From assembly GCA_036652695.1 (NCBI GenBank), contig JAVVVJ010000002.1, positions 4,257-68,256 on the forward strand: DNA of 64,000 bases, read 5' to 3'. The notes under the pieces are model-generated. The model worked only from the letters and a program-made list of their open reading frames with translations, was not told where the DNA came from and did not search any database. Within the stretch, counting starts at the first letter, position 1. The number at the start of each line of letters is the position of its first letter. This DNA comes from Clostridia bacterium. GTDB taxonomy: Bacteria > Bacillota > Clostridia > Christensenellales > Aristaeellaceae. Position numbers and translations under genes: made by a program. This document shows, one piece after another, positions 18,168 through 27,925 of this stretch.

Positions 18168-18710
18168 GTGGAAAATATGGCCATGATGGGAACCACCATT
18201 TGCGCCGTTAAGCGGGGCAATCAAGTCGCTGTTGCTGGAGATGGGCAGGTGACGATGGGGGAGCATACCGTGTTCAAATCGACTGCCAAAAAAGTGCGCA
18301 GGCTATATAATGGGCAAGTGATCGCGGGCTTTGCGGGCTCTGTGGCGGATGCGTTCTCCCTGTGCGAGCGGTTTGAGGAAAAGCTCACCCAATGCGGCGG
18401 CAATTTGGAACGCGCTGCCGTAAGCCTTGCGCAGGACTGGCGCGGTGATAATGGCGCTCGTAAGCTGGAAAGCATGATCATTGTTGCGGACAAGACCACC
18501 ATGCTCATCCTAAGCGGCAATGGCGAGGTCATTGATCCGGATGACGGCGTTGCAGCCATCGGCTCCGGCGGCAATTTTGCGCTGGCGGCGGCGCGTGCGC
18601 TGGTGCAGAATACCGATTTGAGCGCTGAGGAAATTGCCGTGAAGGCCATGGAAGTTGCGGCTTCCATCTGTGTTTTTACCAACGATCATATCAGCGTGGA
18701 AACGCTCTAG
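18168..18710 (+). CDS. hslV: ATP-dependent protease subunit HslV (ClpQ)
   Basis: [22 protein letters not shown]...[10 protein letters not shown]...[15 protein letters not shown]. The real start is probably one of the ATGs at 18177-18186. Confidence 0.9.
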   Translation: MENMAMMGTTICAVKRGNQVAVAGDGQVTMGEHTVFKSTAKKVRRLYNGQVIAGFAGSVADAFSLCERFEEKLTQCGGNLERAAVSLAQDWRGDNGARKLESMIIVADKTTMLILSGNGEVIDPDDGVAAIGSGGNFALAAARALVQNTDLSAEEIAVKAMEVAASICVFTNDHISVETL

Positions 18711-18722
18711 GAGGCGCAAGCA

Positions 18723-20090
18723 ATGAAGGAACTAACGCCAAGAGAGATCATGCGGGAGCTTGATCGCTATATCATCGGGCAAGACGAAGCCAAGCGCGCC
18801 GTGGCGGTGGCGCTGCGCAACCGCTACCGGCGTTCGCTGGTGGATGAGCCAATGCGCAATGAGATCAGCCCCAAGAACATCCTGATGATCGGCCCCACGG
18901 GCGTGGGTAAAACGGAGATTGCCCGCAGGCTTGCCACCCTTGTCAGCGCGCCCTTTATTAAGGTGGAGGCGACCAAGTTTACCGAGGTTGGCTATGTAGG
19001 GCGCGATGTGGACAGCATTATCCGCGATTTGATGGAAAACGCGATTCGCATGGTGCGCAAAGAGTTTTCGCAGCGGGTAGAAACGCGCGCGATTGTGCTG
19101 GCTGAAGATCGACTGGTGACGCTGCTGGTGAATCCTCCAAAGAAATCGCAAAATAATCCCTTCGATTTTCTGATGGGCAAGAAGGAACCTGAAGCGCCTA
19201 AGGAGGAGCAGGACAAGCTCGCTCTGCGCCGCGAGGATGTGCGCGAACAGCTCCGCAACGGCGGGCTGGAGGAACGAGAAATCGAAATTGAGGTTGCGGA
19301 TAGCATGCCGCAGCTTGAGGTGGGCGGAAATTCCATCAACATCGGCGATATGATGGGTGGCATGCTGCCGCCCAAGACGAAAATCCGCCGCGTGAAGGTG
19401 AAGGAAGCCCGTAAGATTTTGTTGGAAGAGGAATCCGATAAGCTGATTGATGAGGATGCGCTTCGCGAGGAGGCTATCCGTCGAGCCGAACAGCAGGGCA
19501 TCGTGTTTATTGATGAAATAGACAAGGTGGCTGGGCGCTCCGCTGGCGGTCATAGCGGCCCGGATGTGAGCCGCGAAGGCGTGCAGCGCGATATTCTACC
19601 CATTGTGGAGGGAAGCACCGTCGTTACCAAATACGGTGCGGTGCGCACGGATTTCATGCTCTTTATCGCTGCTGGCGCGTTCCATGTAGCCAAGGTAACC
19701 GATCTCATACCGGAGCTTCAGGGACGCTTCCCCGTGCATGTAACGTTGCAAAGCCTCACGAAGGAGGATTTCAAGGCGATCCTGATCCAGCCGGAGAACG
19801 CGCTCACACGCCAGTACGAAGCGCTGCTGGCTGTGGATAAGGTGTTCCTTTCCTTTGAGGATAGCGCCATTGACGCAATTGCCAACGCTGCTTATTTGCT
19901 CAATGAAACCAAGGAGGACATTGGCGCACGCCGTCTGTATGCGGTTTTTGAAAGGCTGCTGGAGGACATCAGCTTCAACGCGGGCGGCGATGAAATGCCC
20001 AATGTATACTTAAACATCAATGGCGATTATGTGCTGGAGCACCTTGGCAAGGATGACGTAAGCATGGATATGAAGCGCTACATTCTATAA
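18723..20090 (+). CDS. hslU: ATP-dependent protease ATPase subunit HslU (ClpY)
   Basis: LTPREIMRELDRYIIGQDEAKRAVAVALRNRYRR, Walker A GPTGVGKTEIARRLA, and IVFIDEIDKV. Confidence 0.95.
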   Translation: MKELTPREIMRELDRYIIGQDEAKRAVAVALRNRYRRSLVDEPMRNEISPKNILMIGPTGVGKTEIARRLATLVSAPFIKVEATKFTEVGYVGRDVDSIIRDLMENAIRMVRKEFSQRVETRAIVLAEDRLVTLLVNPPKKSQNNPFDFLMGKKEPEAPKEEQDKLALRREDVREQLRNGGLEEREIEIEVADSMPQLEVGGNSINIGDMMGGMLPPKTKIRRVKVKEARKILLEEESDKLIDEDALREEAIRRAEQQGIVFIDEIDKVAGRSAGGHSGPDVSREGVQRDILPIVEGSTVVTKYGAVRTDFMLFIAAGAFHVAKVTDLIPELQGRFPVHVTLQSLTKEDFKAILIQPENALTRQYEALLAVDKVFLSFEDSAIDAIANAAYLLNETKEDIGARRLYAVFERLLEDISFNAGGDEMPNVYLNINGDYVLEHLGKDDVSMDMKRYIL

Positions 20091-20099
20091 ACCAAGAAA

Positions 20100-20148
20100 G
20101 CGCAAGCAAAAAGGCCGGTTTTCTGCAAACTGGCCTTTTTGCTTGCGC
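20100..20148. terminator. Bidirectional terminator between convergent hslU and the ABC permease gene
   Basis: A perfect 17-bp stem: GCGCAAGCAAAAAGGCC (20100-20116) pairs with GGCCTTTTTGCTTGCGC (20132-20148). Confidence 0.75.
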
Positions 20149-20167
20149 TTCATGCGGAACAACGCTG

Positions 20168-21148
20168 TCAGCGCCCACCCTTGTCGTAGGGAATGCCCTC
20201 TGCCTTTGGCGCACGGCTCTTTTTGCTGGTAAGGATCAGCACAATCATCGTCACCAAATAGGGGAGCATTAGGTAAATGTACTCGCTGCCCTTGATATCG
20301 AACTCGGGCAGGAAAGGAATCATATCCTTGTAGGATGCAAGGATTTTGAAAAACGCGAAGAACAGCGATGCACAGAAGATGTTCAGCGGCTTCCAGTTGC
20401 CGAAGATCATCACTGCCAGCGCGAGGAAGCCGTAGCCTGCCACGGAGCTTGCAAAGCCGCTGCCAGCTGCCATTGTGAACGCAAGGCCGCCGATACCGCC
20501 CAAAAAGCCGGAGATCCCTACGCCCAAATAGCGCATCCGGTATACGTTGATGCCGACGCTGTCCGCAGCCTGCGGATGCTCACCGCAGGAACGGAGGCGA
20601 AGCCCCGTCTTGGTCTTGTACAGGAAGATCACTGTGGCAATCAACAAACATAACGCAATTGGGGTGGTCAGATACAGGGATTTGAAAACAAGCCGAGAGA
20701 AGAAATCTTCTCCTGCCGCCATGCCAAGGCTTTCCTGCGTGATGCGAACCCACTTGGGCAGCATGATGGTGGTCTGCGCTTGGCCTTGCACCGTCCATGT
20801 GATCACAACCGCCAGCGCGGGCGCGAGCATATTCAGCGCCGTACCGCCGATGGTCTGGTCAGCCTTGAGCTTGATGGATGCGAAAGCTAACAGCATGCTG
20901 AACAGCGCGCCCGCTGCTCCCGCGATCAAAATAGCAATCAGCATGTATAGCTGAGGCGCGTTTTCACCAAAGCCAGCATCATCTGCATAGCGCAGGAACA
21001 GACAGGCGCATAGTGCGCCAATGATCATAATGCCCTCCAAGGCAATGTTAATAATGCCGCTACGCTCTGAAAACATGCCGCCCAATGCCACAAGCAGCAG
21101 TGGAACCGCGAACAAAATGGTTGCGCTTAAAATATCGGCCAGTAACAT
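20168..21148 (-). CDS. ABC transporter permease (BMP/nucleoside-type, NupQ/YufQ-like)
   Basis: Polytopic protein that is last in an SBP-ATPase-permease-permease operon. Family-typical segments include IINIALEGIM and FGNWKP. Confidence 0.85.
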   Translation of the reverse strand: MLLADILSATILFAVPLLLVALGGMFSERSGIINIALEGIMIIGALCACLFLRYADDAGFGENAPQLYMLIAILIAGAAGALFSMLLAFASIKLKADQTIGGTALNMLAPALAVVITWTVQGQAQTTIMLPKWVRITQESLGMAAGEDFFSRLVFKSLYLTTPIALCLLIATVIFLYKTKTGLRLRSCGEHPQAADSVGINVYRMRYLGVGISGFLGGIGGLAFTMAAGSGFASSVAGYGFLALAVMIFGNWKPLNIFCASLFFAFFKILASYKDMIPFLPEFDIKGSEYIYLMLPYLVTMIVLILTSKKSRAPKAEGIPYDKGGR

Positions 21149-21150
21149 GC

Positions 21151-22344
21151 TTATTCCGCCTCCTTTGTTTGCGAAGCGCGGTCAACGGGTTCGTTCAGGG
21201 GCAAAGAAGCGGGCTGCGGGGAAAGCTCGCTAGCTGCGTCGTCATTTGCGTTGTTGGTGGACTTGCGCAAAATCAACTTGCTGATCAGCTCCTTCATTAG
21301 CAGCGCGAAGGCGCTTAGGTAAATGATGGAGGCAATGATAATATCGATGTTTTCTTTGATAAAGTACGGCTGTAGCGCATCGCCGCCCACCTGAATGTAG
21401 CTGATGAACAGGGCGCTGAAGATCACGCCGAGGGGATGACTGCTGGCCAGCAACGCCACGGGGATGCCATTGAAACCCATGCTTAGCAAGTTTTTCACCA
21501 GCGTATATTGACCGGTTCCGCTTAGGTAATAAACGCCGCCCGCCAGACCGCTGAGCGCGCCCGCGATCACCATGCTCAGGATGATGTTGCGCTTGGCGTT
21601 GATGCCCGCATAGCGGCTGGCATTGCGGTTGTAGCCGCAGGCCTTGAGCTCAAAGCCAAAGGTGGTTTTTTGCAGCACCACCCAAATGATAATCGCCACA
21701 CCCCCCGCAATGAAGATGCCGGAATTGATGTAGCTGCTGTTCATCAGCTCGTTAAGCCCAAGCTTGGGCAGAATTGCGCTTGGGTTCGCGTCCTTGAGCG
21801 CAGCGGTGCGATCCTTGATGGAGCTTTTGCCCCATGCGTTGGCAAGCATCATGGGCATATTGACAATCATCATATTCACCAGATACATGCCAATCCAGTT
21901 GAACATGATGGAGGTGATGACCTCGTTTACATTAAACAGCGCCTTGCAAATGCCGGGAATCGCGCCCCAGATCGCGCCGCCGATCATCGCGACCAACAGC
22001 CCGGCATACCAAGGAAGTTGAAGCTGAATAGCGGCAGTCAGCGCGCAAAAGGCGCCAACGGTATACTGGCCGGACGCGCCGATGTTGAATAGCCCCGTTT
22101 TAAATGCAAAGGCTACGGAGAGGCCGCAAAGCATGAGCGGAGCGGATTGATAAAGCACCTTGGCAAACTTTTCGATATCGGTTGCCCCGGTGGTGATAAT
22201 GCGACCAAAGCCGACCATCGCAAAGGAGGGATTGAGCAAAAATAGCAACGCCAAACCTACCAGCAGGCCAATCGCGATGGATACCAGCGAGGCAAGACAG
22301 CTGATGAATCCCTGTATGAATTTTGATCCGCCGTGCTTTTTCAT
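21151..22344 (-). CDS. ABC transporter permease (NupP/YufP-like)
   Basis: Polytopic protein with segments FNIGASGQY and GFNGIPVALL. The gene abuts both neighbours. Confidence 0.85.
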   Translation of the reverse strand: MKKHGGSKFIQGFISCLASLVSIAIGLLVGLALLFLLNPSFAMVGFGRIITTGATDIEKFAKVLYQSAPLMLCGLSVAFAFKTGLFNIGASGQYTVGAFCALTAAIQLQLPWYAGLLVAMIGGAIWGAIPGICKALFNVNEVITSIMFNWIGMYLVNMMIVNMPMMLANAWGKSSIKDRTAALKDANPSAILPKLGLNELMNSSYINSGIFIAGGVAIIIWVVLQKTTFGFELKACGYNRNASRYAGINAKRNIILSMVIAGALSGLAGGVYYLSGTGQYTLVKNLLSMGFNGIPVALLASSHPLGVIFSALFISYIQVGGDALQPYFIKENIDIIIASIIYLSAFALLMKELISKLILRKSTNNANDDAASELSPQPASLPLNEPVDRASQTKEAE

Positions 22345-23888
22345 TGTGCTTGCGCCTCGCTTTCAATGGTCTGCCGTCGAGCGCCGCTCATATAGAGGCC
22401 TAGCTCCTGCGGCGTAGCGGAAGCCGCGTCTACCTCCGCGACGATTTCGCCCTCATACATCACCAAGATTCGGTCGCTGACGCTGATGACCTCGTCAAGT
22501 TCCAAGCTTACCAGCAGCACGGCCTTGCCCTCATCGCGAGCTGCCACCAGCTGCGTGTGAATGTACTCAATTGCGCCGACATCCAAGCCGCGCGTAGGTT
22601 GCACGGCAATGAGCACCTCTGGTTGCAGGCTCAGTTCCCGCGCGACGATGGCCTTTTGCTGGTTGCCGCCGCTCATGCTTCGCGCGATGGTAGCGCCGCC
22701 CTGCCCGGAACGAATGTCAAACTGCGAAATCAATTCATCCGCATGTTTGTTCATCTGATGGAAACGGATAAAGCCCGCATGTTGAAAATCTGGCGTGTGA
22801 TAACTTTTGAGCATCAGGTTTTCAGCCAGCGTATAATCCAGCACCAGCCCGTGCTTGTGCCGATCCTCTGGGATATGGGAAAGCCCCAAATCGTTGCGCG
22901 CGCGGATGGAATCCGCGGTGATATCGCGTTCACCCAACACAACCTTGCCTTTGAGCGCTGGAGCAAGGCCGGTCAGGGCATAGACAAGCTCGGTTTGACC
23001 GTTGCCATCGATGCCCGCGATACTCACAATTTCGCCTTTGCGCACGGTGAAGCTCACGTTGTTGATGGCGTTTTTATGCCCCTTGCGCCCGGCGACGCTC
23101 AAATTCTGCACTGTCAGCGCCGGTTTTGTGGGCTTTGAGGGCTTCTTTTCCACCGCAAAGCTCACCTTGCGGCCAACCATCATTTCGGCAAGCTCATCCT
23201 TATCGGTATCCTCAATATCCACAGTGCCAATGCATTTGCCCTTGCGCAGCACGGTGCAGCGGTCAGCCACCGCCATGATCTCGTTTAACTTATGGGTGAT
23301 AAAGAGGATGCTCTTGCCTTCCGCCGCGAAGCCGCGCATGATGCTCATGAGCTCATCGATCTCCTGCGGGGTCAGCACAGCGGTAGGTTCATCGAAAATG
23401 AGGATCTCATTTTCGCGAAAAAGCATTTTGAGAATCTCCACACGCTGCTGCATGCCAACGCTTATATCTTCAATATAGGCGTCGGGATCTACCTGCAGCC
23501 CATATTTTTCACTTAATGCCATGACCTTTTTGCGCGCCTCTGCCTTTTGCAAAAAGCCGCGCTTTGTTTCCTCGGCGCCTAGAATGATGTTGTCCAAAAC
23601 CGTAAAGATTTCTACCAATTTAAAATGCTGATGAACCATGCCAATGTGCAAACGATTGGCATCGTTTGGATTTGTGATTTTTACCACTTGACCATTTTTT
23701 TTGATTTCTCCGCCCTCCGGCTGGTACAACCCAAACAGCACGCTCATCAAAGTGCTTTTGCCAGCGCCATTTTCGCCAAGCAAAGCGTGTATTTCCCCTT
23801 TTTTAAGCTGTAGGGTAATATCGTCGTTGGCCTTGATGCCGGGAAATGCTTTCGTAATGTGCAGCATTTCAATAATGTAATCACTCAT
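22341..23888 (-). CDS. ABC transporter ATP-binding protein, duplicated ATPase (NupO/YufO-like)
   Basis: Walker A is GENGAGKST. Two signature regions are present: [13 protein letters not shown] and [15 protein letters not shown]. Confidence 0.9.
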   Translation of the reverse strand: MSDYIIEMLHITKAFPGIKANDDITLQLKKGEIHALLGENGAGKSTLMSVLFGLYQPEGGEIKKNGQVVKITNPNDANRLHIGMVHQHFKLVEIFTVLDNIILGAEETKRGFLQKAEARKKVMALSEKYGLQVDPDAYIEDISVGMQQRVEILKMLFRENEILIFDEPTAVLTPQEIDELMSIMRGFAAEGKSILFITHKLNEIMAVADRCTVLRKGKCIGTVDIEDTDKDELAEMMVGRKVSFAVEKKPSKPTKPALTVQNLSVAGRKGHKNAINNVSFTVRKGEIVSIAGIDGNGQTELVYALTGLAPALKGKVVLGERDITADSIRARNDLGLSHIPEDRHKHGLVLDYTLAENLMLKSYHTPDFQHAGFIRFHQMNKHADELISQFDIRSGQGGATIARSMSGGNQQKAIVARELSLQPEVLIAVQPTRGLDVGAIEYIHTQLVAARDEGKAVLLVSLELDEVISVSDRILVMYEGEIVAEVDAASATPQELGLYMSGARRQTIESEAQAQ

Positions 23889-23937
23889 ATGCAGATCCCC
23901 TTATCGGTGGCGTTGAATTTGGCAGATAAAGCGCAAT

Positions 23938-23961
23938 GGCCGGACGGTTGCCCGTCCGGCC
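23938..23961 (-). other. Intercistronic stem-loop after the binding-protein gene
   Basis: A perfect 10-bp stem, GGCCGGACGG / CCGTCCGGCC, with a 4-nt loop. It lies between the SBP stop (23987) and the ATPase start (23888). Confidence 0.5.
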
Positions 23962-23986
23962 TAGCCCACATCGCAAGGGCAGTGGA

Positions 23987-25045
23987 TTAGTTCTGGTAAT
24001 CCACGGTCACATTGGTAACGGTGGGCTGATTTTCGATGTCGTTAGAGACGGTGACGGTGCCAGCCTTGATGGCTTCGTAGATGGTGTTGTACTCTTCAAC
24101 GGTGAACTTGTTGAAGCGCCAGGAGCCTTCCGCGGTGGGAATACCAACAGCGTTCTCGTTTACGCCCAGAAGGACGTTGCTGCCAGCAATGCTAGCATCC
24201 CACTTGCCGCCATTGGCTTCGAGCTGCTTGAGCAGATCGCTGGTGCCCTGCGTCAGGTTCTTGTAAGCGGAGGTGACGAACAGATCGCTGATGTGAGCCT
24301 GATCAACGTCAACGCCGATCACTTTGCCATTGCCCACTTCTGCAGCGGCCAAGCAGCTGGTGAAGATACCGCCGCCGCAAGAGAATACGATCTCGGTGCC
24401 ATCGGCATACCAGCTATCCATCTTGCCCTTGATTTCATCGGTGGGCCAGAAGGCAGCGGAGTACCAGTACTTCATATCAACGGTAATGCCCAGCTCCTTG
24501 GCAGCCGCGTCAGCGCCCTGCACAAACCCAAAGCCGTAGCGGATTACGGAAGGCACGTCGATGCCGCCCAAGAAACCAAGCTTGGTGTAGCCATCCTTCA
24601 CAGCCGCGTAGCCAGCCAGATAGCCGCTGATTTCCTCGGCAAACTGGATGTTTACGATGTTGGGAAGAAGGTCGCTTCCGCTGAGGTCAACGCCAAGGAA
24701 CATCACTTCGGGATATTCGGTAGCGGTGGTAACAACAGCAGCGTCGAATAGGAAACCAGGCAGCACGACGACCTTCGCGCCGTTTGAGATGGCGGATTTG
24801 ATGGTCTCCACGCGCGCATCATCGCTGTCCTCGGAGGGGCGATAATAAGCGTAGTCGGTGCCTTCTGTCAGACCCTTTTCAGTTGCGTAGGCGACTAGGC
24901 CTTCCCACGTACCCTGATTGAAACTCTGGTCGTCGATGTTCCCAACATCAGTTACCAGTGCATAGGTGATGCCCTCAGCCATGGCGCTCGCGCTGAGACC
25001 GAGTACCAGAACCAACGCCAAAAGGATAGAAAGAACCTTTTTCAT
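23987..25045 (-). CDS. BMP-family (Med/PnrA/NupN-like) ABC substrate-binding protein
   Basis: ATG at 25045 follows AAGGAGGA. Signal peptide: MKKVLSILLALVLVLGLSASAMA. Also present: TDVGNIDDQSFNQGTWEG and GFLGGIDVPSVIRYGFGF. Confidence 0.85.
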   Translation of the reverse strand: MKKVLSILLALVLVLGLSASAMAEGITYALVTDVGNIDDQSFNQGTWEGLVAYATEKGLTEGTDYAYYRPSEDSDDARVETIKSAISNGAKVVVLPGFLFDAAVVTTATEYPEVMFLGVDLSGSDLLPNIVNIQFAEEISGYLAGYAAVKDGYTKLGFLGGIDVPSVIRYGFGFVQGADAAAKELGITVDMKYWYSAAFWPTDEIKGKMDSWYADGTEIVFSCGGGIFTSCLAAAEVGNGKVIGVDVDQAHISDLFVTSAYKNLTQGTSDLLKQLEANGGKWDASIAGSNVLLGVNENAVGIPTAEGSWRFNKFTVEEYNTIYEAIKAGTVTVSNDIENQPTVTNVTVDYQN

Positions 25046-25092
25046 GAATGGGATTCCTCCTTGCTTTTTTACGTGCAAGATCGCACAATTTG

Positions 25093-25120
25093 ATTATAAC
25101 AGAAAAATTAGTGCAATGAA
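25093..25120 (-). promoter_or_regulatory. Candidate promoter of the BMP-type ABC operon
   Basis: On the - strand: TTCATT, a 16-nt spacer, then TGTTATAAT (extended -10). It lies in the AT-rich divergent intergenic region. Confidence 0.45.
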
Positions 25121-25194
25121 AGTACATTTGATAAAATAATTGCTGGTTTTTTAGGATAATTTTCGACAGTTTATGAAATGTTACGCCTGATACA

Positions 25195-25223
25195 TTGACA
25201 GATGAAAACGCATATGATACACT
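25195..25223 (+). promoter_or_regulatory. Candidate promoter of the sugar ABC/oxidoreductase array
   Basis: TTGACA (25195-25200), a 17-nt spacer, then TACACT preceded by TG. A roughly 120-nt leader follows, containing AAATAAACG...CGTTTATTT and CTGTA...TACAG hairpins. Confidence 0.45.
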
Positions 25224-25344
25224 AAGTTCATACAAAATAAACGCGTATGGCGGTTACAGGTTGCATCTGTCCCCAACGTTTATTTTGTGATCACTTTGCT
25301 GTAAAATACAGCAAACGAACAACAATATGGAGGAGAGACAAAAC

Positions 25345-26280
25345 ATGAAAAAAATTGTTGCCATTGTTCTGGCGCTGGTGCTCTGCCTTGGTATGTTCAC
25401 CCTAACAGCTTCTGCTGAAACCGCTAAGTTCAAGATTGGTATTCTGGCTCCCGCCGTGACGCACGGCTGGGTTGCGGGCGTTGCTTACAATGCTGAGCAG
25501 CGTTGCAAGGAACTTGCGGACACCGTTGAATACAAGCTTTACACCTCCAATAACGCCGAGGAAATGACCACCCAGCTGGACGACCTCAAAACCTGGGGCG
25601 CTCAGGCGATTGTCGCTTTCCCGCAGTGGGAAGGCATGGAAGTACCGATTCAGGCCGCGATCAACGATGGCATTGTGGTTGTGAACTTCGATATCGCTAT
25701 CAAGGCTGACGGCATCTATCTCGTCACCGGCGATAACGAGGGCATGGGCATCGAGAGCGCCAAGTACATCGTTGACAAGATCGGCACCGAGGGCACTGTT
25801 GTCGCGTTGCCCGTGCCTACCGCCGGCTCTGTAAGCGAGCTGCGCATGAAGGGCTTTACCGATACCATGGCTCAGATTGCCCCCAATGTGAAGATCATCG
25901 AATACGCGACCGCCTTCACCCGTGAGGACGGCCTCAAGGACATGGCTGACATCCTGACCGCCAACCCCCAGGTTGACGCTGTGTATTCCTTGGATGATGA
26001 AACCTCTATCGGCGCTCTGCAGGCAATTTCCGATGCTAGCCGTACAGACGTTAAGGCCATCACCGGCGGCGGCGGTTGCCAAGAGTATTTCAACATGATG
26101 CCCACCAGCGATATCAACATCTGCTCCGCGCTCTATAGCCCCCTCATGGTGAAGGACGCTGTGGATATGGCGGTTGCGCTGCTCAAGGGCGAGACGGTTG
26201 ATCCCGTAAAGGTCATCCCCAGCATGATCGTTGACAAGGCCAATGTCGCTGATTTCCTCGATCCCAACAGCGTATATTGA
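25345..26280 (+). CDS. Sugar ABC transporter substrate-binding protein (periplasmic-binding-protein family 1, RbsB-like)
   Basis: ATG follows GGAGGAG. A signal peptide is followed by KIGILAPAVTHGWVAG, DGIVVVNFD and VKAITGGGG. Confidence 0.85.
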   Translation: MKKIVAIVLALVLCLGMFTLTASAETAKFKIGILAPAVTHGWVAGVAYNAEQRCKELADTVEYKLYTSNNAEEMTTQLDDLKTWGAQAIVAFPQWEGMEVPIQAAINDGIVVVNFDIAIKADGIYLVTGDNEGMGIESAKYIVDKIGTEGTVVALPVPTAGSVSELRMKGFTDTMAQIAPNVKIIEYATAFTREDGLKDMADILTANPQVDAVYSLDDETSIGALQAISDASRTDVKAITGGGGCQEYFNMMPTSDINICSALYSPLMVKDAVDMAVALLKGETVDPVKVIPSMIVDKANVADFLDPNSVY

Positions 26281-26305
26281 TCGTTTGATTCCCAAATGTG
26301 AACCA

Positions 26306-26337
26306 AAAGGGGCTGTGGCCGGTGCCATAGCCCCTTT
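26306..26337 (+). other. Intercistronic stem-loop after the binding-protein gene
   Basis: AAAGGGGCT (26306-26314) pairs with AGCCCCTTT (26329-26337) around a 14-nt loop. Confidence 0.5.
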
Positions 26338-26375
26338 CCCTCCAATTGCAGAACCTTTAGAACGGATGTGAATGC

Positions 26376-27854
26376 ATGAAGCTTTCGATGCGTGGGATCG
26401 TGAAATCCTTTGGCGCGAACGACGTTTTGAAGTCCGTTGATTTTACGCTTGGCGAAGGGGACATTTGCGCGTTGCTAGGCGAAAACGGCGCGGGCAAGAG
26501 CACGCTGATGAATATTTTGGGCGGCGTTTTGCCCACTGATCAGGGCGTTATTGAATTGGACGGAAAGGCTGTTTGCTTCCAAACGCCTGCCCAATCCCTG
26601 AGCGCCGGCATTGCTTTTATTCATCAGGAGCTAAACCTCATCAATGATCTGCCTGTATATGAAAACATGTTTATCGGTCGCGAGCTAAAAAAGCGCGGCG
26701 GTTTTTTGGATCACCGCGCGATGTATGAGCAAACAAAGACGCTCTTTGAGCGGATGGGTTTGGATATCAACCCATCGGCCATGGTTCGCACGCTAGACGC
26801 CTCCTACAAACAAATAGTTGAAATCTGCCGCGCTCTGATGATGAACGCTTCCATCATCATCATGGACGAGCCCACAACCTCGCTTACGGACCCGGAAATT
26901 GAGCGCGTTTTTGATATGCTGCGCATGCTCAAGCAGCAAAAGGTGGGGATCGTATTCATCTCCCATAAGCTGCGCGAGGTGATGGCAATTTGCGATCGCT
27001 ATACGGTGCTGCGCGACGGTGTGATGGTGGCAAGCGGCAACGTGCAGGATACCACCATTTCGCGCATTGCGCACGATATGGTGGGTCATGACGTGCGCTC
27101 CGAGCCGCTCAATCGCCAGGTTCACCTTGGCGAGGAGGTGCTGCGGCTGGAAGGCTTGACGCAGGAACCGAATTTCCGCAATGTCAGCCTTTGCGCGCAT
27201 GCGGGCGAGGTGCTTGGCGTAACGGGTCTGCTGGGCGATGGCCGCAGCGAACTGTTCCGTGCGGTCTTTGGCGCGGAAGGGGAGTATCAGGGGCAGATCA
27301 CCGTGAGCGGACAGAAGGTCACCGTTCGCACAACCATGCAGGCGTTGAACCTCGGCATTGGCTACTTGCCGCGCAACCGCAAGGAAAACGGCATTATCAA
27401 GGATATGAACATCCTTGAAAACGGTTCAATTGTTACATGGCCTAAGCTTGCGCGGTATGGGTTAATTGATGGGAAGCGCCAGCATGAAGCGTTTGATACG
27501 CAGCGCAAAGAGCTGCATATCAAGATGGAATCTCCCGAAAATCCCATTACCAGCCTATCGGGCGGCAATCAGCAAAAGGTAGTGCTGGCAAAGTGGCTGA
27601 GCGCCAATCCCAAGCTTTTGATTTTGGACAACCCAACACAGGGTGTGGATGTCGGCGCAAAGGAAGAAATTTACGATATCATTTTGCGCCTTGCTGACGC
27701 GGACGTTGCCGTGATTGTGCTCTCCAGCGAGGCACAGGAGATCATCCGCGTTTGCGACAGAGCGCTTGTCATGTATCATGGCAGCGTGCGAGCCGAGGTT
27801 TCTGGCGAAACGATGAACGAGCATGAAATGATGCGGTTGGCAACCGGCGGCTGA
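26376..27854 (+). CDS. Sugar ABC transporter ATP-binding protein (RbsA/MglA-like, duplicated)
   Basis: [28 protein letters not shown] and LSGGNQQKVVLAKWL. Confidence 0.9.
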   Translation: MKLSMRGIVKSFGANDVLKSVDFTLGEGDICALLGENGAGKSTLMNILGGVLPTDQGVIELDGKAVCFQTPAQSLSAGIAFIHQELNLINDLPVYENMFIGRELKKRGGFLDHRAMYEQTKTLFERMGLDINPSAMVRTLDASYKQIVEICRALMMNASIIIMDEPTTSLTDPEIERVFDMLRMLKQQKVGIVFISHKLREVMAICDRYTVLRDGVMVASGNVQDTTISRIAHDMVGHDVRSEPLNRQVHLGEEVLRLEGLTQEPNFRNVSLCAHAGEVLGVTGLLGDGRSELFRAVFGAEGEYQGQITVSGQKVTVRTTMQALNLGIGYLPRNRKENGIIKDMNILENGSIVTWPKLARYGLIDGKRQHEAFDTQRKELHIKMESPENPITSLSGGNQQKVVLAKWLSANPKLLILDNPTQGVDVGAKEEIYDIILRLADADVAVIVLSSEAQEIIRVCDRALVMYHGSVRAEVSGETMNEHEMMRLATGG

Positions 27855-27925
27855 TGTATGGAGCGAGAAAGTCCGCGGGCGACCTTTGGGAACCTGTTTG
27901 TGATTGCGAAAGGATGGATAGATAG

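Noticed and set aside
16773-18266. A 497-aa ORF on the - strand covering the whole alpha/beta-hydrolase gene.
   Set aside because: The composition is typical of antisense translation of a GC-rich gene: very rich in H, R, I and L, with no motifs, no RBS and no signal. The + strand ORF has an RBS, a signal peptide and a recognisable hydrolase fold.
25300-25320. A cre-like (CcpA) site, TGTAAAATACAGCA, in the sugar-operon leader.
   Set aside because: It lacks the central CG and matches the cre consensus TGWAANCGNTNWCA poorly. It is better read as a simple CTGTA/TACAG hairpin.
25402-26328. A 308-aa - strand ORF. The same reasoning applies to the long shadow ORFs at 4616-5431, 12660-13586, 37513-38301, 55348-56349, 33144-33785 and 34453-35310.
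   Set aside because: All lie antisense to confidently assigned genes. They lack RBSs and recognisable domains, and their lengths are as expected for stop-codon-poor GC-rich DNA.
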